The notes under the pieces were generated by a model that had not been told where the DNA came from, did no database searches, and was given only the letters and a program-made list of their open reading frames with translations. 61,843 nt of DNA from a virus (taxonomy: Duplodnaviria; Caudoviricetes), in IMG/VR virus record IMGVR_UViG_3300048813_000081, positions 1-61,843 of that record, one strand, 5' to 3'. Shown here in pieces: positions 47,744-58,081 of the stretch. Position 1 is the first letter of the stretch. Every line of letters starts with the position of its first letter. Position numbers and translations under genes: made by a program.

Positions 47744-47894
47744 AGTTATTTCCTGCCTGATTTCTTGGCTGGTTTTTTCTTACTGGCGGTTTTTTTCCTG
47801 GCTACTGATTTCTTGGAAACCATAGCAACACCAGTAGCTGCGCCGCTAAGGGCTAGCAGGACTAGTAGGACTAATAAGACTAAACTAAGCATTA

Positions 47895-49868
47895 TTATTT
47901 AACTCCTTGTAGGACGGTATTTGTATAAGCTTCTGGATTGTTAACATGCAACTTATCTACTGCTGCACGAACTCTAACTGGATCACCAGATTCTAGTTCT
48001 GCCTTGACGGATTTTCTGACTACATTACGGGCGAACTTTTCGGCTTCTTCGTCTGACAACACTTTAGGTGTGCCGTCGTCGTTTTGCATACGACCTGATT
48101 TAGCGAAGGATACCATTGATTCAAATTTATCTGGAACCATAGCTTGAGCTGCTGCTTTCTGCTCATCAGTGCCATTCTCTAGGACTGCAGCTACACGTTT
48201 ACGAATTACACCGGCTGCATAAGCTTCAGGACTGGTGATTTCTGGCTTATTTGCTACGACATAAGCAATGACTTCTTCGATAGTGCCTGATTCGTATACT
48301 GCGTTTACCGCTCCAGACTTACCATTCTTCTTAAGTTCTTCGCGCTTTGCTAATGTTTCGTCAGCCTTCTTAATAGGATTTGGAACATCTTTGCGCTTGG
48401 AGAACATTACTATAAGGTCTTCACGTGAGCCGTTGAAGTATATGTCATCATTAGCTTTCTTCTCAGCTAATTTTTTATCAGCCCAGGCTTCTGGGTTAGC
48501 CCAGCCTTTTTCAGTTGCAAAATTTATGAAGTCTTCTCTAGTTCGTAACATACGATATTTCTCCCGATTTAATATTTTTTGGCAGTGTTCTTTTATTAAC
48601 TGATTGGCACTTTCAATAGTTATACACTGAAGCTGTTCAAATAGCACCTTAAATGATTTTAAATTTTGCTTAAACACTTTCCCGCAAATGGGACAAATCA
48701 TTGCCCGTTTCTTGACATAATTACCACACGTCAAACAGAGTCGTAAGTCAACACCAGCTATAGTATCGCGCTTTGTACGCGTCCCGTAATCATCTAAAGT
48801 CCATGACCTTCGTATCCATGGTGGTCCATGCTGCCCTACATTATTAACATGATCAATTAATATAGCTGGTTCATTATCTTCAGTTGGACGAAGTACACGA
48901 CCTATTTGTTGTAAATATACAATTTTTGATTTAGTAGGGCGCAGGAATATACCGCACTTTGCGCCGGGGAAATTATACCCTTCAGTCAATATATTCGCCG
49001 ACATGACACATTTAATTTGTCCTGTTTTAAACTGCTGCAAAATTGTTCGACGTTCAGTATCAGACAAGCCGCCATCTATACCGGAGGATGGTATGCCGTT
49101 ATCATTAAATAATTGTACGGTTTCGTATACGGATCTAACGTTTGGACAAAATACTAATGTAGGTTTTCCACCGCTTAATGTACGATAATGCTCAATCACA
49201 TCACCAAATATAACCTTTGAGTTGTCATCGAACCATTTATTGATAGCCTTTGGGTTGTAATCACCGCCTATAACATCCCAATCTTGACGATTCTGCTCTA
49301 CCAAAGCTGCTGTTTTGGATGGTATGTATAATTTGGGTTTAGCTAAGTATCCTTGCTGAATTAATATTTCAATAGACGGACCTTCAATTAGAATATCGAA
49401 ATTTTCGCGTAATGGTTTGCGATCAGTCCTGCGTGGCGTGCCACTTAATCCTAATATTTTTGCTTTATTATTAAAACACCTTGCATAACTAGATGCATTA
49501 CTTCGATGGCATTCATCGACGATAACTAGTGAGGGAGTAGGTAAAGTATCTAATTTCTTTCTAGCCAGAGTTTGAACCATGCATACGTATGTGTTTGCAG
49601 AAGGATCGTATGGATACTTGGAAGCTATATAGCTATGGGGTATCTGGGCTTCAGCAAGATAATCGGATACTTGTTGGCATAATTCCCGAATATGCACCGT
49701 AAAAAATACAACTGCTTTCGGATTATGTTTATGCAGTTCTTGAATGAGCGACATTGCAATATGAGATTTACCCGCGCCAGTAGCAAGCTGAAGCAGTACT
49801 CTGTCGTGCGACTTCCAGGCATCACATATTTGCTGAATTAGATTTAATTGATAGTCACGCAATTGCAT
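47895..49868 (-). CDS. SF2 (DExH) helicase with C-terminal Zn ribbon and extension
   Basis: LRDYQ; ATGAGKS; VDECH; GLSGTP; LTEGYNFP; LRPTKS..YLQQIGRVLR; CLTC..CPIC. Confidence 0.92.
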   Translation of the reverse strand: MQLRDYQLNLIQQICDAWKSHDRVLLQLATGAGKSHIAMSLIQELHKHNPKAVVFFTVHIRELCQQVSDYLAEAQIPHSYIASKYPYDPSANTYVCMVQTLARKKLDTLPTPSLVIVDECHRSNASSYARCFNNKAKILGLSGTPRRTDRKPLRENFDILIEGPSIEILIQQGYLAKPKLYIPSKTAALVEQNRQDWDVIGGDYNPKAINKWFDDNSKVIFGDVIEHYRTLSGGKPTLVFCPNVRSVYETVQLFNDNGIPSSGIDGGLSDTERRTILQQFKTGQIKCVMSANILTEGYNFPGAKCGIFLRPTKSKIVYLQQIGRVLRPTEDNEPAILIDHVNNVGQHGPPWIRRSWTLDDYGTRTKRDTIAGVDLRLCLTCGNYVKKRAMICPICGKVFKQNLKSFKVLFEQLQCITIESANQLIKEHCQKILNREKYRMLRTREDFINFATEKGWANPEAWADKKLAEKKANDDIYFNGSREDLIVMFSKRKDVPNPIKKADETLAKREELKKNGKSGAVNAVYESGTIEEVIAYVVANKPEITSPEAYAAGVIRKRVAAVLENGTDEQKAAAQAMVPDKFESMVSFAKSGRMQNDDGTPKVLSDEEAEKFARNVVRKSVKAELESGDPVRVRAAVDKLHVNNPEAYTNTVLQGVK

Positions 49869-49907
49869 AGTAATATGATAGGTCACTTGTTTGAATTTGA
49901 ACTAATT

Positions 49908-50393
49908 ATGAGTAAAAATAAACCACATGGTAACCAGCGGCATGGATTAAGTCATCATCCAATACATAGATTATGGGATGGTATTAAGCATCGTTGTAAT
50001 AATTCCGATTCTCAGGATTACCATAACTACGGTGGACGGGGAATTACTGTTTGCGATAAATGGAATAATAGTTTTGAATTATTCTATGAATGGGCAATCA
50101 ATAATGGTTGGCAGACTGGATTGCAGATTGATAGATATCCTGACAACAATGGCAATTATGAACCAAACAACTGTAGATTTGTTACTTCTAAAGAAAACAA
50201 TAACAATAGGAGAAATAATATCAAAATTCAATATGGTGATAATTCATACAGTTTATCTCAATTAGTGAAACATTTTAATTGTGTTAGTTATGGAACCGCG
50301 AAAGAAAGGATTAGAACTTATAACTGGGATACCATCAAAGCTTGTTCTACTCCTGCGGGACAATATGTGCATCGTAATCAGTATATGGAGTAG
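49908..50393 (+). CDS. HNH-type homing endonuclease
   Basis: HGLSHHPI..W.GIK.RC..YGGRGITVC..W..F..FYEWA..LQIDR.PDNNGNYEPNNCRF..N..NRR. Confidence 0.88.
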   Translation: MSKNKPHGNQRHGLSHHPIHRLWDGIKHRCNNSDSQDYHNYGGRGITVCDKWNNSFELFYEWAINNGWQTGLQIDRYPDNNGNYEPNNCRFVTSKENNNNRRNNIKIQYGDNSYSLSQLVKHFNCVSYGTAKERIRTYNWDTIKACSTPAGQYVHRNQYME

Positions 50394-50409
50394 CTGGATT
50401 GGGTACGGT

Positions 50410-50604
50410 CTAAGCATCGCTATTTAATAATTCATCACAGGCTAAATCAAAACATTTCTGGCAGGCAATGCACCATTTTAAGTCACCAGTTAATTGAAAT
50501 GCACGACAACCAGAAGTGAGTGTATTACACCAACCGCATATACCATCATACCAATGAGGATTAACATAAATTTTATTCATCAGATAACCGCTTCCGGGCT
50601 TCAT
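50410..50604 (-). CDS. Small Cys-rich protein
   Basis: CGWC..CQKC. Confidence 0.4.
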   Translation of the reverse strand: MKPGSGYLMNKIYVNPHWYDGICGWCNTLTSGCRAFQLTGDLKWCIACQKCFDLACDELLNSDA

Positions 50605-50953
50605 CTATAAATTCTGCAACTAATTCACTGTATGGCTGAAACGGATCATATTGATCGCAATCGCGTAATTCAGCCGTTAGGAGTAACGCTAAATCGCGAA
50701 CTTTGATTTCATACTGAGCTTCGTCTAAGGCTTCGGCTAATTCAGTGATATGTTCATAATCAGCTTTATTCGTACGGGTTAATTCCTGCAGGAGGTATTG
50801 CATGTCTCTCCATCTATGCCATGCCGTAGGGCAATGCAAACACTGCCAATAGAGCCCACCATCGTATACTTCGGGTATTTCTACCGTAACTATATTTTTA
50901 GTTTCGTTACAGTCCGGGCAGATGCCTAGTTCGTTATAGGGTTTTAGTTTCAT
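50573..50953 (-). CDS. Hypothetical Zn-ribbon protein
   Basis: CPDC..YDGGLYWQCLHC..WHRW. Confidence 0.55.
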   Translation of the reverse strand: MKLKPYNELGICPDCNETKNIVTVEIPEVYDGGLYWQCLHCPTAWHRWRDMQYLLQELTRTNKADYEHITELAEALDEAQYEIKVRDLALLLTAELRDCDQYDPFQPYSELVAEFIDEARKRLSDE

Positions 50954-51125
50954 AAATTCTCCGTTTAATAGTTTTCTTATCAGCTACACGTAATAACAAT
51001 CGCTCCAGTTTACGACCTTCATGCCTGCGTAATTCTTCCATCCCCTCAAAATCCTTACAACGATTCATAGCATTATGCCATTCAGCTATAGCGACCTGAA
51101 GTTCTTGCTGGAATTTAGTTAACAC
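50934..51125 (-). CDS. Hypothetical protein
   Basis: GGAGGA RBS; first gene of the leftward arm. Confidence 0.5.
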   Translation of the reverse strand: MLTKFQQELQVAIAEWHNAMNRCKDFEGMEELRRHEGRKLERLLLRVADKKTIKRRIYETKTL

Positions 51126-51198
51126 AGTTTAATTATCCTCCGCAGTACGATGCTGATATTATAGACAGGAATTTATAGGAGGTAACTAATTATTAAGC

Positions 51199-51396
51199 AT
51201 GCATAAACAAATCTTTACATTAGACGTAACCTGCTGCTCTAAGGTATGGTACGCGACGAAAGAACTTGCTAAGCTGACGCTAGAAGCTAAACAGATTATT
51301 AAATATAACACGCCCAAGGCATACGTATATAAATGCCCGCATTGCAATGGGTTTCACATTAGTTCGGGGAAGCGTGCATGTACGACCAGCAGATAA
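51199..51396 (+). CDS. Small Zn-finger protein
   Basis: AGGAGG RBS; CSKVWY..YKCPHCNGFHISS. Confidence 0.6.
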   Translation: MHKQIFTLDVTCCSKVWYATKELAKLTLEAKQIIKYNTPKAYVYKCPHCNGFHISSGKRACTTSR

Positions 51397-51761
51397 CCAT
51401 AGACTACGCCCTAAATCTATTCCAGGGGAAGTTTATACACGTTCAGGAAATTAAACAGCTAAAACCCCACGAAAAAACTGACCTACACAGCGGCTTCACC
51501 CGGCTGGCAGATCAGTTAGAACTGTCGCTAGTCCATCTGGCTATCATAGCAACATTCGATGAATCTAGTATTGATAAATTATTAGACTTATCTTATTCTT
51601 TCGAAGGGATTAAATCTATCTTAGCTGCTAAGGCTGTACAGGATTATAGAGATACTGTAGTATCGTGCAGGTTTCCGATTAGTGGTGTGCGGAGTTTACT
51701 GCGGAGATTAGGGGTCATAGACCCACTGAAGGAATATTATCGTTATGTTGCTACCCGGTGA
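51378..51761 (+). CDS. Hypothetical protein
   Basis: Overlapping operon ORF. Confidence 0.5.
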   Translation: MYDQQITIDYALNLFQGKFIHVQEIKQLKPHEKTDLHSGFTRLADQLELSLVHLAIIATFDESSIDKLLDLSYSFEGIKSILAAKAVQDYRDTVVSCRFPISGVRSLLRRLGVIDPLKEYYRYVATR

Positions 51762-51948
51762 TCAGAAAAAACATATGCCTACGGCTGCTGATTTAATTCA
51801 TGACATACATGATATATTGCAAAACTTTGAATCGCGCATAAATAGTTTAGAAGAAAACCAGAAACTGGTTTTTAGTAGTGTGATTGATTTGCAGAATAGA
51901 GTTAGTTTGTTGGAGGGTGAGGATGAGTCGACCACATCAGGGTCCTGA
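51745..51948 (+). CDS. Coiled-coil hypothetical protein
   Basis: Heptad pattern; overlapping operon ORF. Confidence 0.45.
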   Translation: MLLPGDQKKHMPTAADLIHDIHDILQNFESRINSLEENQKLVFSSVIDLQNRVSLLEGEDESTTSGS

Positions 51949-52579
51949 TTTAGCAGGACAAACATTCGGTCGATATACCGTTATCGAACGTGCTCATTTG
52001 GATAAATCAAGAGAACGGCACTGGTTATGTAGATGTGAATGCGGTACTATAACGTCCTCACCTTCTACATCATGCCTGAAAAGTGGACAAGCTAAATCCT
52101 GCGGTTGCTTGCACAAAGAAATTGTAGCTGATCAAATGCGTATTCGGGCTAGAACGCATGGATTATCCAAACATCCAATTCATAAATTATGGTTTAAGAT
52201 TAAAGAACGTTGTTATAATCCGAATTGCCAATCATATCCTATTTATGGTGGACGGGGTATTGCTATGTGTCAAGAGTGGTTGGATAATTTCCAAACATTC
52301 TACGATTGGGCTACTAATAATGGCTATAAACGCGGTTTGCAGATTGATCGCTTCCCCGATCAGAGTGGTAATTACGAACCGGGCAACTGTAGATTTGTTA
52401 CCAGCAAGGAGAATAACCGTAATCGGCGGGATAATGTTTATTTAGATTATCAAGGAAAGAGGTATTCTTTACCAGAATTTATAGAACTATTTGGTGCTGT
52501 TAAAGCTGACTGCGCTAGATTACGTATCCGACGTGGATGGAATCCATTACAAGCTTGTTTGGAGCCTAATCGTAGATGA
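51923..52579 (+). CDS. HNH-type homing endonuclease (paralogue of 49908..50393)
   Basis: DLAGQTFGRYTV..WLCRCECG..SCGC..HGLSKHP..YGGRGI..LQIDR..GNYEPGNCRF. Confidence 0.9.
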   Translation: MSRPHQGPDLAGQTFGRYTVIERAHLDKSRERHWLCRCECGTITSSPSTSCLKSGQAKSCGCLHKEIVADQMRIRARTHGLSKHPIHKLWFKIKERCYNPNCQSYPIYGGRGIAMCQEWLDNFQTFYDWATNNGYKRGLQIDRFPDQSGNYEPGNCRFVTSKENNRNRRDNVYLDYQGKRYSLPEFIELFGAVKADCARLRIRRGWNPLQACLEPNRR

Positions 52580-53436
52580 CTCAAGGAACTATTCATGTGC
52601 ACGCATCGTCCCTGGATAATTTCCTGGACTGCCGACGAAGAATGCTAGCTAATAATTATGGTTCTATGCTTAAAAAAGCGGGCTATGAAGTTCGGGAACA
52701 AGTACAGTATGTAACTGGTAATGTTGGGTCTGGTATACATGCTTCAGCACATCATTATAATGAACATTATATGAAAACTGGTTTACTGCCAGATGAGAAA
52801 ATATTTCAAGAAGGTATCGAAATAGGCTTTGCCGAATTCAAACGTCGTACATTGATGGATATGGAAACTAAAGAAGTCAGATTCACATTAGCATTTCCAG
52901 ATTATGATGCTATTAAAAAACATATGACTGAATACGCTAGAGTTTATGCTGATATTGTTTTACCTAGCGGGAAGACTGAATTAAGTGAACAGCATTTTGA
53001 TATTCCTATATTGGCGGCGGATGATAAGTTTCCAGCTTTTCATTATAAATCCACACTGGATAGATATGGAGATTTCACGTTGCGGGATCTTAAAACTGGA
53101 AAAGTTAAAACTCCTGCTATGGCACAATGTGGTACATATGTATGGCTATTAACTCAAGCTGGGTACGAAGTAAAAAACGTACAATTGGATTATTTAATCC
53201 GTCCAAGAGATGGAGAACCACCAGAACATGTAATAATTAAATACGATGCAGCTGCCTGTATGAAATTAAGCCAATATGCTACAGTTGCATTGATAAATGA
53301 CTTGAAAGAATTCATTCAAACGGGAAACTTGGATCATGTCCTCCCGAATCCCCGGAGTGAAAACTGTAGTCTATTCATGTGTCCTCTCTACTCCACGTCG
53401 TCATGTAGCGGATGGCAAAGCAAAGGTATGAAGTGA
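52576..53436 (+). CDS. PD-(D/E)XK (RecB/Cas4-like) exonuclease
   Basis: ASSLDNFLDC; GSGIH; SEQHF..STLDR..DLKTG..Q..Y; C-terminal Cys cluster. Confidence 0.8.
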   Translation: MTQGTIHVHASSLDNFLDCRRRMLANNYGSMLKKAGYEVREQVQYVTGNVGSGIHASAHHYNEHYMKTGLLPDEKIFQEGIEIGFAEFKRRTLMDMETKEVRFTLAFPDYDAIKKHMTEYARVYADIVLPSGKTELSEQHFDIPILAADDKFPAFHYKSTLDRYGDFTLRDLKTGKVKTPAMAQCGTYVWLLTQAGYEVKNVQLDYLIRPRDGEPPEHVIIKYDAAACMKLSQYATVALINDLKEFIQTGNLDHVLPNPRSENCSLFMCPLYSTSSCSGWQSKGMK

Positions 53437-53720
53437 TAAATAACGCTATATATATAATCGCCCTAGTAATTATAAGCATGCTGTCTTACGACTCCGGTTA
53501 TACAACCGGTACATCAGACGCAACCAAAAATATTACCGATCAGTTCACTGCTGACTTAGAGAATGTATTATTCGAAGGGCAGTATACACAGATACCAGCT
53601 AGGACGATGATTTTATTTAAGGGACTACATGTATTACGATAACACCCTCCGAACCGTACGCTACCTGGAACGCGCACATCGATACTACGAAGTTATACGC
53701 CAAGGAACAATTAAACAGTT

Positions 53721-53924
53721 ATGCTTACTGGTAAACAGAAAACCGAAAGAGCCGAAGATTCTGAGATGGGAAGACATAAATATACGTCCCTTCCAGACGC
53801 ACACCTAGCCCACTTACTAAACATTGGCTGGAAACCAGACAGTCCGTTGATTAGAAAGTACGTACAGAAACATGGATTGCAAGAATTATTATTACAGTGG
53901 GGGGATGGAAATGTCGGACAGTGA
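53721..53924 (+). CDS. Hypothetical protein
   Basis: AAGGA upstream; operon context. Confidence 0.4.
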   Translation: MLTGKQKTERAEDSEMGRHKYTSLPDAHLAHLLNIGWKPDSPLIRKYVQKHGLQELLLQWGDGNVGQ

Positions 53925-54091
53925 AAGAATAGAAAAATATTTTGATATCCTGTATCCCGATAGCATACTATCACTACGGATGATAGACAATGCTCAAGAA
54001 TTCTTAGCAGCATATCCTTTCTTCGGTCCTACGGTAGATTATCCAGTATACAGTCCTGGTGATGAGGTAGACGGCTCAGGGGAGGCGCTAG

Positions 54092-54631
54092 GTGTCGGTG
54101 ACAATTAAAGGACAAACATATTGTTCCATTAGGACGCAGTTTCCTGATTTCCCTGGATTAACACAGATCCCAGGATATCCTGGTTATTATGCTAAGGAAA
54201 ATGGCGACATCTATGCATCGCGACGTAGTTATATGCCCAAGTTGTTGCACTATTATTTGAGTCCCAAAGGATATCATGTTGTAGATCTTTATAATAATTG
54301 GCAACGCAAAACAGTAACTGTCCATAAACTGATAATGTTAACATTTATAGGATCTAGGCCAGATGGGTTGAATGAAATTAGACATTTGGATGGCAATAAA
54401 GCAAATAATCATTTATCCAATTTGAAGTACGGAACATCCCAAGATAATGCAGACGATAAGAAACTGCATGGAACGTGTTACAAATCATTTGCTAAATGTC
54501 ATCCCGACCGTCCATTAGTAGGGAATGGTTTATGTAACTATTGCTATCAAAAACAATGGGCTTTACAAAACATAGAAAAAGTGAGAGAGTCTAAACGGGC
54601 TTACCAACTGAGGCGGAAACAACTAGCATGA
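54092..54631 (+). CDS. NUMOD4-HNH homing endonuclease
   Basis: IPGYPGYY...G.I; VHKLIMLTFIG..EIRHLDGNKANNHLSNLKYGT..N. Confidence 0.9.
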   Translation: MSVTIKGQTYCSIRTQFPDFPGLTQIPGYPGYYAKENGDIYASRRSYMPKLLHYYLSPKGYHVVDLYNNWQRKTVTVHKLIMLTFIGSRPDGLNEIRHLDGNKANNHLSNLKYGTSQDNADDKKLHGTCYKSFAKCHPDRPLVGNGLCNYCYQKQWALQNIEKVRESKRAYQLRRKQLA

Positions 54632-54837
54632 AACATTCAGAATTCATACCTTATCCTACAACTAAAACCGACGTAGACTCCTGGCTTGAAGTAGGTAAAA
54701 TAGTCCTGAAAAACTTTCAGATGCATGAACGTACACAATATGCTGAATTTATATTCTTATGTTTAGGTATTATCTATTTCCTAGAGGCTATAGTTAAGAA
54801 CACGCTGGAGATGCTCCACGCCGGTGGAGTACACTGA
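54628..54837 (+). CDS. Hypothetical protein
   Basis: ATGA overlap. Confidence 0.4.
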   Translation: MKHSEFIPYPTTKTDVDSWLEVGKIVLKNFQMHERTQYAEFIFLCLGIIYFLEAIVKNTLEMLHAGGVH

Positions 54838-55051
54838 TATGAAACCAGAGCCAGATAACGTGCCAGTAACCTACCTCTATACCTTCGAAATCAACAAACC
54901 GCGTGTACCCGTTTGTGAATTGCGCGTACTATCGGAATCATATGAGTTAGCTAGGGAATTCTGTTTAAACTTTGCTGAGAAGCATCAAATACGGCAGGTA
55001 TCTGCAGTTGTGCATAAGCCAGGGAGGCGGAAACGTGTTAAAGACGCCTGA
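54824..55051 (+). CDS. Hypothetical protein
   Basis: Overlapping operon ORF. Confidence 0.4.
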   Translation: MEYTDMKPEPDNVPVTYLYTFEINKPRVPVCELRVLSESYELAREFCLNFAEKHQIRQVSAVVHKPGRRKRVKDA

Positions 55052-55427
55052 GAACATAGCTAAAGAGGCATTTAAGCGCCATACTATTCCCATTCAGACG
55101 CTGAAACTATTTAGCAATGTGCGCGGGAAGCTGTGGGCAGGACAGCCTATGACTCTTCGTGACGGTATGATTACATTAAAATTCCCCAGGAGATTAGATG
55201 TCGGTCTGCACGATGGCATGCCTGACCAGATAGGGTGGCGACAGATAGAGATTACACCAGATATGGTGGGCACCGTGATAGCACAGTTTACAGCTGTAGA
55301 ACTTAAACGTTTCGATGGCAAAGGTAAGATTACAGCAGAGCAAATAGATATGATTAATCTTATAAATAACCAGGGTGGATACGCTAAACTGGTAGATAGC
55401 GAAGAATCTATGAGGGAGTATTTCTAG
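55035..55427 (+). CDS. VRR-NUC-like nuclease
   Basis: GGAGG RBS with GTG; LFSN..G..GL..GMPDQIGW..ITPDMVG..IAQFTAVELK..GK...EQ......GG. Confidence 0.8.
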   Translation: MLKTPENIAKEAFKRHTIPIQTLKLFSNVRGKLWAGQPMTLRDGMITLKFPRRLDVGLHDGMPDQIGWRQIEITPDMVGTVIAQFTAVELKRFDGKGKITAEQIDMINLINNQGGYAKLVDSEESMREYF

Positions 55428-56929
55428 TGAGTTTAAAACCTCCGACTGGCGATTGGTTCTGGGATTTGGAAAATTATCCGCCAGCTAAGCTTTACATGAA
55501 TAAATCAGCACAGCGTTTAATGGGACCACCATTGATTGCGCAATTTCTTGCTAAACTTATGCGTAATGAATATGGCTACATTAACGCCAGCAAGATCTGG
55601 ATGCATTTCAATGGGCAAGTATGGGAAGAAATAGCATCAATATTTAACGTTATCAGAACCGCTGCTGAAGATATAAGAGATGCTTATCGCAAGAAAGCAC
55701 TTGAAGATGAAAACTGGAAAAAAAATATAGATAATGGTTTTGCTGGGCTGGATAGTCTATTAACTCAGAACTTTGCACATCTAGTAATCAAAAACTTAGA
55801 ATCTGATACTACTATGCATCGCAAAGAAAGTGATTTTGATAGAGATAGTCACTTATTCAATATGCCTGGGCAAATTAGACAGTTAAAAACAGGAGAGTAT
55901 TTTCCTAATAGAGCAGATTACTTATGTAGACAGATAGCCGCTGTAAATCCATTGGATGATATGGACGGCGAACGATGCCCATATTACATGAAACATCTGA
56001 AATTCATGGCTGAAAATGATCCTGAAGTGATTGAATATCTAGAAAAATTATCTGGTTATATTCTCTCAGGCGATGTTGGTGCAATGAATTTTTACTGGAT
56101 GTACGGCAGGGCTAATAATGGTAAATCCACATTAGTTAATATCTGGGCACATATTCTAGGAGGATTAGAACCGACTAGTTATTTCTGGCAAGCAGAATCA
56201 GATTTATTTGCTAAAACTAATACAAAACACCATCCACAAGCTATTATGCGTTTGCGCGGAAAACGATTAGTCTTTGTTGACGAATTAGATGGTCAAGAAT
56301 GGAATGGCAAGTTTCTTAAAGGCTGCATATCCGGTAGCGCATTAAATGGTCATGAAATGGGCGGTAAGGGAGTTAATTTTAAGCCGGTCTTTAAATTGAT
56401 ATTTACTAGTAATCATAAGCCTACTGTTAACGCGAATGACGGCGGCGTTGTGCGTAGACTGCATCTTATGGATTTTGTGAATCAAATACCAGAAACCGAA
56501 CAACTAGATAGTTTTATGGAAAGATTTTTGATACCAGAAGCTCCGTATATTTTAAATAGAATGCTCAAGGCTGCTAAGATAGTATTGAACACTGAAAAAT
56601 GCAAATTAGCATTACCTGAAAAATTCAAAGAAGCCACTACTGAATATTTTGGTGATGCTGATTTTATACAGCAATTTATTGATGACTGTACTGATACCGG
56701 TGAAGCTTGCACTGAATCTTATAGTTTATTATATAAAACGTATAAAACATGGTGCATGGAAAACGAATATGACACTATGACTTCTAAGAAGTTTGGTGAT
56801 TTATTGCGCGATATGGGGCATAAATCAATTAAGATTAATGGTTTGAGATATCGCAAGAAGATACAATTAAATCAAAGATGGAAGGCTAAATCAAATAATT
56901 CAGTACACATAAACAGTGAATATAACTAA
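55427..56929 (+). CDS. P4/D5-family SF3 replicative helicase (no N-terminal primase domain)
   Basis: D5_N region (WMHFNGQVW..FDRDSHLFN); YGRANNGKST; GKRLVFVDE; FKLIFTSNHKP..DGGVVRRL; C-terminal wHTH. Confidence 0.9.
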   Translation: MSLKPPTGDWFWDLENYPPAKLYMNKSAQRLMGPPLIAQFLAKLMRNEYGYINASKIWMHFNGQVWEEIASIFNVIRTAAEDIRDAYRKKALEDENWKKNIDNGFAGLDSLLTQNFAHLVIKNLESDTTMHRKESDFDRDSHLFNMPGQIRQLKTGEYFPNRADYLCRQIAAVNPLDDMDGERCPYYMKHLKFMAENDPEVIEYLEKLSGYILSGDVGAMNFYWMYGRANNGKSTLVNIWAHILGGLEPTSYFWQAESDLFAKTNTKHHPQAIMRLRGKRLVFVDELDGQEWNGKFLKGCISGSALNGHEMGGKGVNFKPVFKLIFTSNHKPTVNANDGGVVRRLHLMDFVNQIPETEQLDSFMERFLIPEAPYILNRMLKAAKIVLNTEKCKLALPEKFKEATTEYFGDADFIQQFIDDCTDTGEACTESYSLLYKTYKTWCMENEYDTMTSKKFGDLLRDMGHKSIKINGLRYRKKIQLNQRWKAKSNNSVHINSEYN

Positions 56930-57135
56930 TGTTTATATAGATGATAATTATTTTCTAGTTTCTCTATAACATCCTTGCCTGATTCGACGACTGTTACATA
57001 ATCATCAGAACCGAAATCAATAATAGTTAAATTATTATCCTCTGGTTTATAAGATGGATAAATAGACTGAATGTGATCTCTATGAATTGCAATCATCTTC
57101 TTGTCCGTTGTACGCGTTACATATATAAATTTCAT
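56926..57135 (-). CDS. FlbD-like small protein
   Basis: AGGAG RBS; MKFIYVTR..IAI..DHI..TII.F...VVES..DVIEKL. Confidence 0.55.
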   Translation of the reverse strand: MKFIYVTRTTDKKMIAIHRDHIQSIYPSYKPEDNNLTIIDFGSDDYVTVVESGKDVIEKLENNYHLYKH

Positions 57136-57317
57136 AATTAAATTACTCCTATTAAAACTAACCCTATAATTATCTGTATGAATAATAAAACCAAAACCGC
57201 AAATAAAATTTCGCGGATAGAATCCATATTTAGATCTGTGGCGTCGTTATATCCCATGCCAGATAAGCTCCAGTTCGCTAACGAACAACAATAAACTTAA
57301 ACAGAATATTTCAATCT

Positions 57318-57503
57318 TCATATGTCCTCCGAATATAATTCAGCTATTTCTGCACCCGTTTCTCTACTTACATCAATCAAAATATGCCTGAAATTTATGT
57401 TATCGATCTGTACCGGTCTAGACAAAACTAAATGAATGTAATGCTTCAGTGTTGGTGATAACTGGTAAGTATTTAGTATTCGTTTAAGTATTTCGTTTTT
57501 CAT
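57318..57503 (-). CDS. Hypothetical protein
   Basis: Co-oriented small ORF. Confidence 0.4.
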   Translation of the reverse strand: MKNEILKRILNTYQLSPTLKHYIHLVLSRPVQIDNINFRHILIDVSRETGAEIAELYSEDI

Positions 57504-57505
57504 AC

Positions 57506-57751
57506 TTACTCACCCTTACTCTTGGCGTAATCTCTTGTGTCGGACATGAAATCGTTTACATCGTCTTGACGCTTCTGATGATTGTTTTCGGTCATTAGAC
57601 CACAGACCTTGTGATAATAGCCTGGCGCTGTGGATATTTCTGCTAATTCATAAACAATCGTCTGCTTACAGCGTACGCATATCGGATCGATTTCGCCTGG
57701 ATCTAGGGTGAATTTACTTGTTTTAATCATATATAAAATCCTTTGCCTCAC
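57506..57751 (-). CDS. Small Zn-finger protein
   Basis: CVRC..YHKVC. Confidence 0.45.
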   Translation of the reverse strand: MRQRILYMIKTSKFTLDPGEIDPICVRCKQTIVYELAEISTAPGYYHKVCGLMTENNHQKRQDDVNDFMSDTRDYAKSKGE

Positions 57752-57895
57752 ATGTGGAAGCTCTATCTTCAGCTAATCTACAGCGCTCTTTATAATAATC
57801 CAGCTCACTGAGTAAATATCTGCAGTCAAACCATAGCTGGTAGGGATTCATATCCTTATAGTCTGGGATAGGATCGATGCGGGATCGGATTTCTT

Positions 57896-58081
57896 CTAGC
57901 ATATTAAATACCCTGGAATCTTATTTTTAATATCTTCAACCGATTCTTTTACTAATAGAAAATCATCTATTCCAAAGATAATGGCTGTAGTTAATCTATT
58001 GTCTTGATTGAACCATACAATCTTGTCGATATTGACCATTATCTTAGAATCATCCTTAGTTGTTAATTCTATAAATCTCAT
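57896..58081 (-). CDS. FlbD-like small protein (paralogue of 56926..57135)
   Basis: MRFIELT..IMVNIDKI..TAIIF..LVKESVEDIKNKI. Confidence 0.6.
   Translation of the reverse strand: MRFIELTTKDDSKIMVNIDKIVWFNQDNRLTTAIIFGIDDFLLVKESVEDIKNKIPGYLIC

Noticed and set aside
51900-52590. Target duplication around the HNH at 51923
   Set aside because: Similarity is limited to TTGTT(T)GGAG and ATGA.TC, explainable by RBS and start context.
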